Part shown: positions 36,870 through 49,860 of the stretch, piece by piece
Layout: each line of letters begins with the position of its first letter
How positions within the stretch are numbered: the stretch's first letter is position 1
Assembly: GCF_004010195.1 (NCBI RefSeq)
Contig: NC_057755.1
Span: 3,991,462 to 4,055,461 of the forward strand
Direction: 5' to 3'
DNA from: Chiloscyllium plagiosum
Taxonomy: Eukaryota
DNA: 64,000 nt
Notes under the pieces: generated by a model
Databases searched by the model: none
What the model saw: only the letters and a program-made list of their open reading frames with translations
Told to the model about the DNA's origin: nothing
Program-made: the position numbers and the translations under genes

Positions 36870-39150
36870 TGAGTCATTGAGTTATAGAGATGTCAAGCAC
36901 GGAAACAGACCGTGCAGTCCATCTCGTCCGTGCTGACTTGACATCGAAACTCATTATACTCCCCTTTGTCAGCATTTGGCCCATATCCCTCTCAACTCTT
37001 CCTATTTATATATCCAGCCAGATGCCTTTTAAATGCTGTAATTGTACCAGCCTACACCACTTCCTCTGGCAGATCCTCCATATGCATACCGCCCTCTGCA
37101 TGAAAAGTTGCCCCTGAGTTCTCTTTTATATTTTATCCATCTCACCCTAAATCTATGTTCTGTAGTTCTGGACTCCCTCACCCCAGGTAAAAGACCTCGT
37201 CTGTTTACCCAACCCATGACCTTCATGACTTAATTAAACTCTATAAGGTGACCCCTCAGCCTCCCACACTCCAGGGAAAACAGTCCCAGCCTATTCAGCC
37301 TCTGCCTGTAGCTCAAATCCTCCAACCCCGGCAACATTCCTGTAATTTTTTTCTGTACCTTTTGATGTTTCACAACATCCTTCCGATAGGAAGGATACCA
37401 TAATTGCACGCAATATTCCTAAAATGGCCTAACCAATATCCTGTACAGGCGCAACATGACCTTTCAACTCCTGTACTCCGTGCTCTGACCAATAAAGGAA
37501 AGTATACCAAGCAACTTCTTCACTATCCTATATACCTGCGATTCTACTTTCAGGGAGCGATGAACCTGCACTCCAAGGCATCTTTGTTCAGCAACACTCC
37601 CCAGGACACTACCATTAAGTTTATAAGTCCTGCTAAGATTTGCTTTTCCAAAATGCAGCATCTCACATTTATCTGAATTAAACCTCATCTGCCACATCTC
37701 AGCCCATTGTTCCATCTGATCAAGATCCTGTTGTAATCTGAGGTAACCCTCTTTGCTGTCCATTACACCTCCAACGTTGGTGTTATCTGCAGATGTAAAA
37801 ACTATACTGCTTATTAGTCTACCCAGCACTGATCTTTGCGACACAGCAGTGGACACAGGCCTCCAATCAGAAAACCTTCAACTCTCCACCACCCACAGTC
37901 TTCTACATTCTGAACCAGTTCTGTATCCAAATGGCTAGTTGTCCCTGTATTGCATGAGATCTAACCTTGCTAACCAGTCTCCCATGAGGAACCTTGCTCA
38001 AACACCATAGTGAATTCTATATAGATCACGTCCACCAGTCTGCCCTCATCAATCCTCTTTGTTACTTATTCAAAAATTCAATCAAGTTTATGAGACATGA
38101 TTTCCTATGCATTAAGCCATGTTGACTATCCATAATGAGTCCTCGCCTTCCCAAATGTATGTGCATCCCGTCCCTCAGGATTCCCTCCAACAATTACCCA
38201 CCACTGGTGTAATGCGCCCAGGTCTATAGTTCCCTGCCTTGTCCTTAACACCTTTCTAAATATTAGCATCACGTTAGCCAACCTCCAATCATTCGGCACC
38301 TCACCTGTGATTAACAGTGCTACAAATATCTCAGCAAGGGCCCCAACACGCATTCCCTAAATTCCCTCTGGGTTTGAGGATTTACCTGACCAGGTCCTGG
38401 GGATTTGTCAATTTTTATGTATTTCAATACATCCAACATCTTTTCTTCTGTAATATGGACATTTTGTTTTTCAAAATATTACCATCTATTTCCCTCCAAT
38501 CTATATCTTCAATGTCCTTTTCCACAGTAAATACTGATGCAAAATACTCGTTTAGAATCTCCGCCATCGCCTGCACCTCCACACAAAGGATACCTTGCTG
38601 ATCTTTGAGGTGCCCCATTCTCTCCCGAGTTACCACTTGTTCCTTAATGTATTTGTAAGAATTGTTTGGATTCTCCTTAACTCTAGTTGCCAAAGCTATT
38701 TCATGTCCCCTTTTTGCCCTCCTGATTTCCCTTTTAAGAATGCTCCTACTGCCTTTATACTCTTCTGAGGATTCTCTCGATCTCTCCTGTCTATATCTGC
38801 CATATGCTTCCTTCTTTTTCTTAACCAAAATCTCAATTTCTCTCATCATTAGTATTCCCTACATTTACCGGCCTTTCCTTTCACCCTAACAGGGATATAC
38901 TGTCTCTGAGGAGAAAGTGAGGTCTGCAGATGCTGGAGATCAAAGTTGAAACTTTATTGCTGGAACAGCACAGCAGGTCAGTCAGCATCCAGGGAACAGG
39001 AGATTCGACGTTTCGGGCACAGGCCCTTCTTCAGGGCCTTTAGCACTGTTAATCACAGGTGAGGTGCCGAATGATTGGAGGTTGGCTAACGTGATATACT
39101 GTCTCTGGACTCTCGTTATGTCATTTTTGAAGGCTTCCCATTTTCCAACC
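36870..39150 (-). mobile_element. CR1 LINE ORF2 3' half, degenerate
   Basis: AEILNEYFASVFT, VPNDWRLANV, SADN (FADD-like), WQMRFNSDKCE and 3' tail. Confidence 0.9.
39006..39035 (-). ncRNA. Minimal hammerhead ribozyme motif within a PLE terminal insertion
   Basis: Minus strand CTGAAGA-A-GGGC(CTGT)GCCC-GAAA-CGTC. Confidence 0.7.
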
Positions 39151-39624
39151 TTTATAGTGTGCTCCAGTGTACATTGCGTCCACCGGCTATTGTGTATATC
39201 TCAAGAGCATTCAGCTTGCTGACTTTACCTGTGTGTCTTCGTGTGCCATAATATTGTATTCATTTGTGGAATAAACTTGTTCATTTGTTCAACATGTTGC
39301 ATTAAGTTTTGGGACAAATCTGCACCAACCTGTGCAAAGACATTGTGCAACAGTCTTGTGTGAATTTGTATTGTAACCGTGCGTTGTGGCTGCTCTGTTT
39401 TTGAAACTGCAGCGTTGGGTCTGTGTGTATTCCATGTCTGGGTCCAGTGTGGGTGGGGGAAGGATAGGGGCAGATTGGGACAGCCCTGGGCGAAACCATT
39501 GACCTGCTGCTTTCTCACTCTCTAATCGCAGTCTTTGTCACGATGAACAAGGTCCAGGACACACTGTTCTCTCAACATGTCCATTGATACAATCAGTCTG
39601 TGTATGCTGATGCACCCCTGCTCC

Positions 39625-40580
39625 TGAAAACCCATTGTGACTTGGATATCATTATCGGAGGGATGGTTAGTACGTTTGCAAATGACACGAAAATTGGAGG
39701 TGCACTGGTCGGCGAATAAAGTTTCATCAGAGTCCAATGGATCTTGATCAGATGGGCCAATGGGCTGAGGAGAGGCAGATGGAGTTTATTTCAGATTGAC
39801 GAGAGGTGTTCCATTTTTGTAAGATAAATCAGGGTATAACATGCATTTAATGGTAAGGTCCTGGGAAATGATGGCAAACAAAATGATCTTGGAGTGCAAA
39901 TGCATTGTTCCTTGAAAATGGAGTTATAGGTAGACAGGATAGTGAAGAAGGCATTTGGCATGCTTGCCTTTATTGATCATTGCATTCAGTATAAGAGTTG
40001 GAATGTCATGTTGTGGCTGTACAGGACATTGGTTAGGCCACTTTTGGAGTACGACGTTAAATTCGGATCTCCCTTCTGCAGGAAAGATATTATGAAACTT
40101 GAAAGAGTTCAGAAAAGATTTACTAGCATGTTGCCAGGTCTGGAGGGTTTGAGCTGGAGGGAGAAGCTGAAGCGGTTGGAGGCGATTTTCTCCGGAGTAT
40201 GGCGGCTGAGGGGAAGTCTTATAGAGATTTATAAAAAAATGAAGGTGAAGAGCCAAGGTCTTTTTCCCAAGATAGGGGCATCCAAGACGAGAGGGAACAG
40301 CTTGAAGGCGAGAGGGGAAATATTTAAAAGGGAACTGAGGGGCAAAGCTTTTACCCAGAAGGTGGAGCGTGTATGGGACAAGTTGCCAGAGGAAGTGGAG
40401 AAGGCGAGTACATTACACCATATGAAAGGCATCTGCATGGCTATCCGAACAGGAGGGGTTGAGAGGGATATTGGTTAAGTCCTGGTGAATGGGACCAGAT
40501 TAATTTAGAATATCTGGTCAGCAAGTTAGACTGAAGAGACTGATTCTCTTCTGCACATCGTTATGATCTTGTGACTCTCC
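39625..40580 (+). mobile_element. CR1 LINE 3' part
   Basis: FANDTKIGG and LVRPLLEY...LERVQKRFT motifs. Confidence 0.9.
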
Positions 40581-40644
40581 GCATCTCTGGAGCAGATGTG
40601 GCTTGTCACCAGGCCTCCCAACCCAGGGGGAGGGACACTGTCAC

Positions 40645-41432
40645 CTTGCCAGAATTCACCACTATACACGCTGTTTTAAATTGACCACTGTTTTAAATAG
40701 AATTCACACCATGCAGACAGCAAAGTAAATAATATGATGATAAAGACTCTGTTACAGTTAATAACTTCATGTTGCAATATCCAGTCAGAAAACTGCCCTC
40801 ACACAGTGGAACAATGTCACTGGTCTGGAAATGTGGCTGGCCAGGGAACGTAGATGTTAACATGTGACTGAGCTAGTTTGGAAATCTCTGTAGCGAACAG
40901 AAATTCACATCTGCCTTGTTTGTTTTTCAATTCGATGTTGAAGATTTCACAACTTGTCAATATTTAACACGCCATAGCCCAGTCTTTCCATTTTCCCACT
41001 AATAGGTCTCACCTTTCTCGACATTAAGTTGCACCTTCGTGAAGACAGGCTGATGCTGTTTTGCAGGGGTGTGTTAATCACTGAAGAATGATCTGAAATT
41101 GAGTCCCTCTTGGTATTGAATATATAGATCTCTGAAACGTCAGTGTACAATCCCATCATAATATCGAAACAAGGAATAATGGAGGTATACATTGCCAGTA
41201 ATGATGTTGTTCACTCAAACACCTTCAAACAAAGCTCCAGATTTCATTGAACTTATTCTAAAGTTCAGTGTGTTGCAGAATTCAGCTCTTAAAGGACAGA
41301 CAGTCCCCGGGTTGTGAATGGGTTCCATTCTGGATTGCATTCCCAATTGGAACACAATGCAGGGCAATGTGAAGCTGCTGTTTGTCAGGATGGGTAATGT
41401 TCATATGGCGTGTCTTTCAAATTATCCCCCTT
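40645..41432 (-). pseudogene. Possible decayed Ig-superfamily V-like plus C2-like exon pair (CD2/SLAM/HEPACAM-like)
   Basis: Segment 41432-41013 ends KVQLNVEK at a phase-1 donor gtgaga. After a short intron, the 243-nt phase 1-1 segment 40887-40645 reads EISKL...HCSTV*GQFSDW...NSVYS. In-frame stops are present. Confidence 0.35.
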
Positions 41433-41949
41433 CTGTGGGGTCGCGTTTGTAACATGAGCTTTCGTAAATCAGTGAGCCCCCAGAGAGTATCTGAAAGTAG
41501 TGAAACGAACAAATTATTTCAATATCACGATCAAATGTAACACCGCAAATTAATACACAATCAAAAACAGGACTAGTTGGAGAATCTCAGCAGGTCTGGC
41601 AACATTTGTGAGGAGAGAAAACAGAGCTAACTGATGTTCCTGTGAAGTGACCATAAAGCGTAAGCCCTACGAACAGGAGGAGACCATTCAGCCCATTTGG
41701 CCGTCCAGCATGAACCTATTTTTCCCGACGTGTATATTGAACTTCTCTCATGTTTTGGATTCCGTCAGTTGTCCCACTGTTGATGAACAACCAACAGTTC
41801 AGTACTTTGTTGGCTTCCCCTTTGTCCCTTTCTGTTATTGATTCATCTGTGGGCTGTGGGCACCACTGGCTGGGCCCAGCATCTATTGCTCACTCCTTGT
41901 TGCCCTTGGGAAGGTGGTGGTGAGCTGCCTTCTCGAATTGCTGCAGTCC

Positions 41950-42300
41950 ACCTCTCTCTCTTTCTCTATCTTCCCCACATCTCTCTCTCTCCTCTCTCTC
42001 TCTCTCCCTGTCTGCTGCCATCTCTATCTCACCCCAATCTCTTCCCCAATCTCTCTCACTGTCTCTCTCTAACATCTCTCTCTCTCTGTCTTGCCCTATC
42101 TCTCTCTGCTGCCCAAATTCTGTCCGGCGCTGTCTTTCCCCACTCTCCATCTCCCTCTCTCCCCATTTTCTCTCTCCCTTCTCTGGCTCTCTCTCCCCAC
42201 ACATCTCTTTCAACCTGTCTCTCTCTCCCCCCCTCCGTCTGCCACCCTGTCTCCGCTCACTCTCTCCCCTGCGTTCTCTCTCCCCTCCATCCTTCCCTAT
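41950..42300. repeat. Degenerate (CT)n low-complexity tract
   Basis: Seen directly in the sequence. Confidence 0.9.
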
Positions 42301-44660
42301 TTCTCCCCAAATGCAGCAATACGTATTAAAGGTGCAGGTTTTTTCACTGCCTGTGGTTTTTCAATTACTTGACATGTATGACATGTCTGGCAAAATTCAT
42401 CTGCATCCTTGGTCAGTACAGGCCAGTGGCTTTGTATTTTAGCTTGTGTTTTCATCACTCTGAAATGCCCCCCTAGTGGTAGGTCATGCGCTACTTGCAA
42501 CACCTCAGCTCTATCACCCACTGGCAATATGACGTGATGAGCATCTGCCCATTTCTCCTCATTTTTAAGGCAGTAATGTTCAGGGACACAGTTAGATTCT
42601 TTGTCTGTGAATGCCTTTTAATACAATTGCTTTAAATTTACATCTTTTTGCTGTAATTCAGTTAATTTATCTGAATTAAGATATATTTTATGTCATCTGT
42701 CTGTTTTTTCTCAGCCAACTGATCAAACAGGCTCTGCTAATTCCACTTCAACTCTCCAATCAGTGCCTTTTTTGATCTCTTCTGTTTCAACTTCTGACTT
42801 TGTGAGCTCATGACCACACGGTCAGGAAAAATCCCTGGATATGTTTCCTGTAATAGTTGAGTTGACCTTGTTTCTACTGGTTTTTCAACCACAGTAGGCA
42901 GCACTCCTACCTGTGAACCAGCTGTATCATTAGCAAGGACAAATTGTATTCCTGGAGCTGAGAGTTTGCCCAGTATTCCTACCACGGCTACTCCACTCTT
43001 CATTGGACACTCTAACCTCACTTTTCATAACTGAGTACTTCTTGAATTCCCGTTTCTAGCACCTTTTCTGGAAACTATCCTTCAGAAGGACTTATCTCCT
43101 TATCTTGCAATAGCACAGTTTGAGAGGATCCTGCATCTCTTAATATTGTAACTTCTTTAACTTCTGCTCTTGTCCTATGCGATTAAAATATACCTTTGCA
43201 GGTAAGTGGTTTAAGAAGATTTGTCACTTCCTCCTTAGGTTTTACCAGGGTCCCTCCGTAGATTCCTAAAACGTTGCCTGTAGGTTTCTGGCACAACCTC
43301 ATATGCATTTAAGACGGCTTTGTTTACCTCCTCATATGCCCCAGATATCTCCATGATAGCTCACTCGTTCTACCTATAGTTTTGTTTGGATCAATAAAAT
43401 CCACATGGTCACTGATCACCACATTTGTTTCGCTACCTTTTCAAATTAGATGAATAAAGGCTTCCACATCCTTCTCATGGAATTTAGACAAAAACTGAAT
43501 ATATTTAAACAGTTTCTCACCCGGCCTTTGGCTCCCATGGGTTTGCTTATCCTCACTAAGTTTCCTTTCAGCCTTCATCTCCATCATTTTAAGCTGACTT
43601 TCCTGTCTCAGTGCCACTTTCTGAAGTTTGACCTCCCCCTCTTGCTTCCTTTCCTTTCCCCTCTCTCCTTTTCTTTCTCTTTCTCTCTCTTGCCTCTCTC
43701 TTTCTCGGTCTTTTTCTTCTTGTTCTGCGAAAGTGGTTCGTTCATTTTCTATTTCCTCTGTTTTCAGTCATAATTCAAACTGTTTCATTTCTGTTGCCGT
43801 CTGCTTGTTTCTTACCTCTAACTTAAGCTGTTCCATTTTTAATTGAACATTAGCCATCTCTAAAGATTCTGATGGCGTTTCCAGCAAATGTAAATGCTGA
43901 GCGATTGCTGTAATTTTCTCTCCTTTTCTCACGGAAGTAGGCAGCTCCAAACCAGCCTGTCTGCTAATTCCAGCAGTTTGGCCTTAATCACTTTTTGCAA
44001 AACACCCAAGGTCACTCTTCCATCTTTGGTGACTGAAAGAAGTATTTAAGTATCTGAGTTCAACACCCAGAACAAAAGATACTAACTCCTACCACTCGCT
44101 GCCTTTGAGACCAACAACCCTCATACCACATCAAAACTACAGAACAAATCCCAAATGAGCTCCCAATCTGTAATGTAGTTGGCCCGAGCCCGCCAAACAT
44201 TTCAGCAAGAACCTCACTTTGTTTGTTGTTTTAAGCAGGTGTAAATCAGATATTCCAGGAGAGATGTAGCTGGCCTCACCATTTAGTTTTAACCAAAACA
44301 TTATTTATTTTAAAGAGTGCTAAATGAAACACGCATGAAAGAGAACAGAAGACAGAATAACTTAAACTCTCTGAAAACCAAACAGATTATCCAAACTTAA
44401 TGATATTGTTCCCATATTTACAACAAACCCCCATAAACACCCCTTAGTACAAAAGGGAAAATCAGAGAGAGAGACAGAGGACCAGCCCAGACCTGCTTCT
44501 GTCGGTCCAGCAGCTTCAAAACACGACTGCTAAAACCCAAACCAAACCCGAATGCTGGGAGAACTGGTCACTCCCCTTTCATCGGACAAGGGTTTTATTT
44601 TCAAAAACGTGAAAGCCTGTTGTCTGATGGAAATCTGAGTTAATGCTTCATCTACAGCGT
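42300..44660 (-). mobile_element. Gmr1-type Gypsy LTR retrotransposon remnant (5' LTR, PBS, gag, protease, integrase start)
   Basis: LTR ends in CA at 44169. PBS tgggagctcatttgggat (44165-44148) resembles the tRNA-Pro PBS. Protease ILRDAGSSQT...IQFVLAND is followed directly by the integrase zinc finger AHDLPLGGH...CQTCHTCQ. Confidence 0.85.
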
Positions 44661-44744
44661 AGTTCTCAGAACTGGATCAGAAACAATATCCCTGATTTCT
44701 CAACACAGATGATGCCAGACCTGATGAAATATTCCAGTAAATTT

Positions 44745-45405
44745 GATTTGATTTATTGTTTGCACATGTACCGAAGGTGCAGTGAACAGTTTGTTTTGTG
44801 CTCGGTATGTGCAGATATAACATACAAGGATGTAGAGATAACAGAGAGATTGAATAGAGGGAGGCAGACAAAGTTATGTTAATATAGGAGGGTACAAAGG
44901 TAAGATCACCATTGGATCTAAAATTTGAGAGTTCCATTCACAGCCTAATAACAACAAGGGAGATGCTGGTCTTGAACCTGTTAGTGCGTGTCATTAAGCT
45001 TTTGCATCTTCTGTCTGGTGCAAGAGTTTGGAAGCGATTATATCCGGGATGGGAGCGATATTTGATGATATTGGCTGCCTTTCCAGGAACGAGAAGTGCA
45101 GATGCAGTCAATGGGCAGGAGGTTTGCTTGTGTGATGGTCTGGACCTTTTTCACAACTCCCTTATGGTCCTGTGTGGAGAGGTTTCTGGACTAAGCCGTG
45201 ATGTTCCGAGATGGAATGTTTCCTTTAGTGGATACAAAAAGGTTGGTGAGGTTCCTTATGTACATGCTGAATTTCCCAAGCATCCTGAGGAAGAAGGGGT
45301 ATCATTGTACCTCCTTGACCCTCACATCTCCATGGCTGGTCCAGGGCTGATTGTTGGTTATCATCACTCCCAGCAACTTGACGCTCTCGATCATATCCAC
45401 CTCAG
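44745..45405 (-). mobile_element. Rex1/Babar-type LINE 3' end
   Basis: Minus-strand FFLRMLGKFSM...LTNL (YFLRxLRKF-like) and aataaatcaaatc tail. Confidence 0.65.
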
Positions 45406-45612
45406 CTTCTGTTTTGGTTTTTGATTTCAAGCACCCACAGTTCTTTTACTAGATATTAGTTTCCCATTTCCACAATGGAGACCCCAGATACCTTTCATTA
45501 TGAAAAATAAGGAACAATTTGAGTGATGTATTTTTCATAGAAGGGGATAATCATGTATTAACAGAACAAGTCAACAATCCATGAATATCCTTTCAGTTTG
45601 GAGTTCTTTCTG

Positions 45613-46780
45613 GTCATAGATTCATAGACTGATACAGTATGGAAACAGGCCCTTCGGCCCAAACTGCTCCATGCTGACCACGTGCTAGTTCCAATTGCCT
45701 GCATTTTGTCCATATCCTTCTAAACCCATCCCATCCATGTACCTTTTCAAATGAATTTTAAATGTTGCTATAGTCGCTCCCTCAACCACTTCCTCTGCCA
45801 ACACATTCGATTCACTCTCTACGTGAAGACGTTGCCCTTCAGGTCCTACATAAACCTTTCCCCTGTCTACTTCAACCTATGCCCTCCAGTTTTTAATTCC
45901 CCATCCCTGGGAAAAAGGCTATAAGCTTTCATCCTACCTCTATTTCTCACCATTTTATACACATCATTCTCCTCCATTACAAGGAATAAAGTGCTATCCT
46001 GGGTAACCTCTCCATATAACTCAGGCCTATTAATTCTGGTAACATCTTCGTAAATCCTCTTTACACTCCTTCCTTTATTAACTATGTCTTTCCTCTAACA
46101 GGGTAACCAAAACTGTACTCAATACTCCAAGTGCGACCTCACAAATGATCTACACAGCTGTAACATAATGTTCCAACTCCTATACTCGTTGCTTTGACTG
46201 ATGTAGGCCAGCATGCTAAATAGCGTCTTCACCACCCTGTCTACATGTGGCATTACATTCCAAGGAATATTTACTTGTATTCCTGTGTCCCTCTGTTCCA
46301 CAACAGTCCTCAGGACCTTAGTATTTACGGTGTAAGTCCTATCTTTGTTTGACTTTTCAAAGTGCAACACCTCACAGTTATTTGTATTGAATTGTATTTG
46401 CCAATCCTCAGCCCACTTCCCTCTAATTTTTGACAAACATTTTCGCTATCAATGATACCTCCGAATTTTGTATCGTCTGCAAACTTTCTCATCATGTCTT
46501 GTACATTCGCATCCAGATCATTTATAACAAATACCGAAGGTACCACACCGACCCCTGTGGCTCACCACTAGCCACAGGACACAGGTCTGAGAAACGAACT
46601 TCAACAATGACCCTTTGCTTGCTACTGTTGAATAGATTTTGAATCTATTTCGCTAGCTCTCCCTGTATGCCATGTGACTAATTTTCACGATTAACCTGCC
46701 ATGTGGGACCTTGACAAAGGCAGTACTAAAGTCCATATAGACAACATCAACTGCCCTACCCTCATCAATCTTCTTATTGT
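45613..46780 (-). mobile_element. CR1 LINE 3' part
   Basis: INDLDANVQDMMRKFADDTKFGG, VRSHLEY and 3' tail. Confidence 0.9.
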
Positions 46781-47189
46781 TGAATTTGAAATTGGAACGT
46801 TGCAGTGGCCAGAAATCAAACCCAGGTCAACTACTTGGAAAGTAGCTTTTATTAAGAAGAAAGAGTTAAACTCTCTTTATTTCTTTGAATATTAAAATCA
46901 AACCAAACTAAATGTTTATTTTCAGTTGAAGATTATTCACTTCAATAATCAGAATGCACATCTAATTATTGCTACATGTAGTAACTGTAGACACGAGTTG
47001 ATTATTGGTCAGTTCAATAACCGCAGTAAACAGCTGATTCATGTTCAGGTGAGTAAACACATGATTTTTGCACTGTCATATACATTAACAATACGATTGA
47101 AAAGGCCAGAATCTAAATATAACCTTGCTGGATCACACTGTCACCTCCAATAAAGAGAAACAGGCACCTCTATATCTCCAGATAGCTCC

Positions 47190-47600
47190 CAATCTGGATC
47201 TGGACAGTTATTGAAACATTTCCTCACGACAGACAATTTAGACTCGCCCTTGAACAAGAGGTAAGTGCATGGAACAGGTTGGCTAATGGACTAGTACAAG
47301 GTTCAGTGCAATGTTAACCATTTATACAAATGAGCTGCCTATGATCATGTCTTTAAGTTCGTTTATGTTGATGACATCTGGTGTGCTACATTAACTTCAT
47401 AATTCTACACTATGGAGCAGGTCCATAGTGAAACTGTTAGAAAAGAGATGGATTACATGGCATCTTGCGTTGAATCCCTCATCAACAATATCCAGTGCAT
47501 GTCAGCTCCACAATCCCAGTGTCCAAATAGAATTGTGCATCTACATTGCTGGCCTGCATGATCCCAAATAACATTATTGTGCGGGAGTCAAACTTGGAAT
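47190..47600 (+). mobile_element. Ancient non-LTR RT remnant, Vingi/Ingi-like
   Basis: DRQFRL...SAWNRLANGLVQGS, IYTNELP, KFVYVDDIWCA, QLHN and HDP motifs. Confidence 0.55.
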
Positions 47601-48164
47601 GTTATGAAGAGGTTTTCAATATTATATGTATCATTAACAGCAAAGTGCCATTATTGAAGATCATAAATCGTTTGATCATAGCCACTTGATTGTCCATAAA
47701 CAAATCCACCCATTTGTTTAGTTCAATTTTAAGAGTGAAACCTAATGAAAACATAGTGCCCAAATGATGAGTCTGGTTATCGCACCCAGGATCAAATTAT
47801 TATTTAGCTTAAGAACTTTGAAAATATCCAATTATGTTTCCCTTGAATGCAAATATTCCACACCTAATTGTTTCCATGACAATAATTTAACTATGTTTCC
47901 AAATATTACAGATTCGAGGAGACATTAAATTAGTTCGATCTGTCTCACATGTGAGTAATCTGGAATAAGAATCTCAGCATCCGTGTGATGCTGTGTGTGT
48001 AGGCTGTGCCTCTGAAAGACTGACAAATTGTTCCAAACAGTATATCACTTCAGCTCTTCACAACAAGCAAGTGACGTCCTGCACCCAACCAGCTTATACT
48101 CACAAAACCTTAAACCTAGGGTCCACTATTAGTCATGTTAGGACAACTTTTTTAAAATTAATTC

Positions 48165-49860
48165 TAATCCTTTCATGGGCATTGCTGCCTGTGCCAGCAT
48201 TTATTGCTCATCTGTAGTGGCTGTTGAGAATGTGTTGGCGAGTGGCTTTCTTGAACTGTTGTTTTCTGTGTGCTGCACATACACTTACAATACTGTTATG
48301 AAGAGATGTGAAGCAGAGATACTTACAGAATGGTGATATATTTCCAAATCAGGTTGATGGTTGACTTGGAAGGGAAATTGTCGTGCATGGTGATCCCATG
48401 TATCTGGTGATCATGTCCTTCTCGATGATTGTGGATTTGTATGGTTTTGTTTGAGGAACTTTGGTGAATTTCTGCAATGTACTGTTAGTTGGTACATATT
48501 GCTGCTACTAAGAGTGAGTGGTGGAATTAAGATGGTTGTGGTGACCATCAAGTGAACTATTTTATCTCGGATAGTCTCGAGCTTCTTGAATGTTGTTGCA
48601 GCCTCACTAACCTCGGCAAATGGGGAGTGTTCCACTACACTCCTGACTTGGACTGTGCAGATGATGGACAGATGGAAGTCAGGAAGTGAGTTATTGCCTG
48701 CAGTATTCCTAGCTTCTGCCCTGCCTTGTCACCACTGTATTTGAATGGATAGTCCATTTCATTTTCTGGTCAATGCTCATATCAAGATTGTGATAATTGA
48801 GGAATCAGCAACGGTAACCCCATTGAGTATCAAAGGATGATTGTTTGACTCGTTGATTTGAGTTATTCATTGTCTAGCATTTATGTGCCATGTATGTTAT
48901 TTACCACTTTTTACATCCTAAGTCTGGATATTGTCCAGGTCTCACTGCATTTGGATAAGGAGTGCTTCAGTATCAGAGTAGTCACAAATGCTGCTGAACA
49001 CAGTGTAATCATGAGCGAATATCCCCATGTCTGGCCGTATGATGGAGGGAAGGCCATTGATGAAATTACTGAAAATGGTTAGGCCTAAGACACCCCTGTT
49101 AAGAACTCCTGCAGAGACACCCTGCAGCTGTGATGACTGACCTCAAAGAACCACAACTTTCTTATTTTCTGCCAGTGATGAATATACCCAGTAGAGAGTG
49201 TCCCACGATTTCCATTGCCTCTAGGTTTGCTCAGACCCCTTGATGACACACGAGGCCAAAAACAGCCTTGATGTTCAGTCCATCTGGAATTCAGCTCTTT
49301 CTGTCCATGTTTGGATTAAGGCTGGAATGAGGTCAGGAGCTGAGTAGTGTCACTGAGCAGGTTGTTGGTGTGTAGGCATGGCTTCATAGCCATGTTGATG
49401 AAGCTTTCCTTCACATTTTCATGATCAATATCATATTGATGGGCTTTGTCCTGTTATTTATGCACAGCACATACTTGGGCACAATTCCACTCTCTCAGGA
49501 AGACAGCAGTGCTGTAACTCATCAGGAACTGCTTGCCCAGAGGTACAGCATGTTTTGGGGCACATGTCATCGATGCCATTTCTGGAATGTTTTCAAGGCC
49601 CCAGCCTTTACTCACAATAGGAGGCCAAGATCGATCAACCCATCAGTATTTCTGTCTGAAGACTTTTGCAAATGGGTTTAGCCTTATATTTGCATTGATT
49701 TACTGGGCTCTCCCATTGTTGATTATTGCAGATGGATGTGGAGCCTCCTCCTCAATGAGTTGTTTAATTGTTCACGATCATTCACGACTGGATATGACAA
49801 GGCTGCAGGGCTTAGCACTAATATGTTGGTTGTAGAATTTCTTAGTTCTGTCTGTCACAT
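48165..49860 (-). mobile_element. Old LINE of the second CR1/L2-group family
   Basis: MEHSPFAEVSEAATTFKKLETIRDK and a GVSAGVLNRGVLG-type RT segment. Confidence 0.7.
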
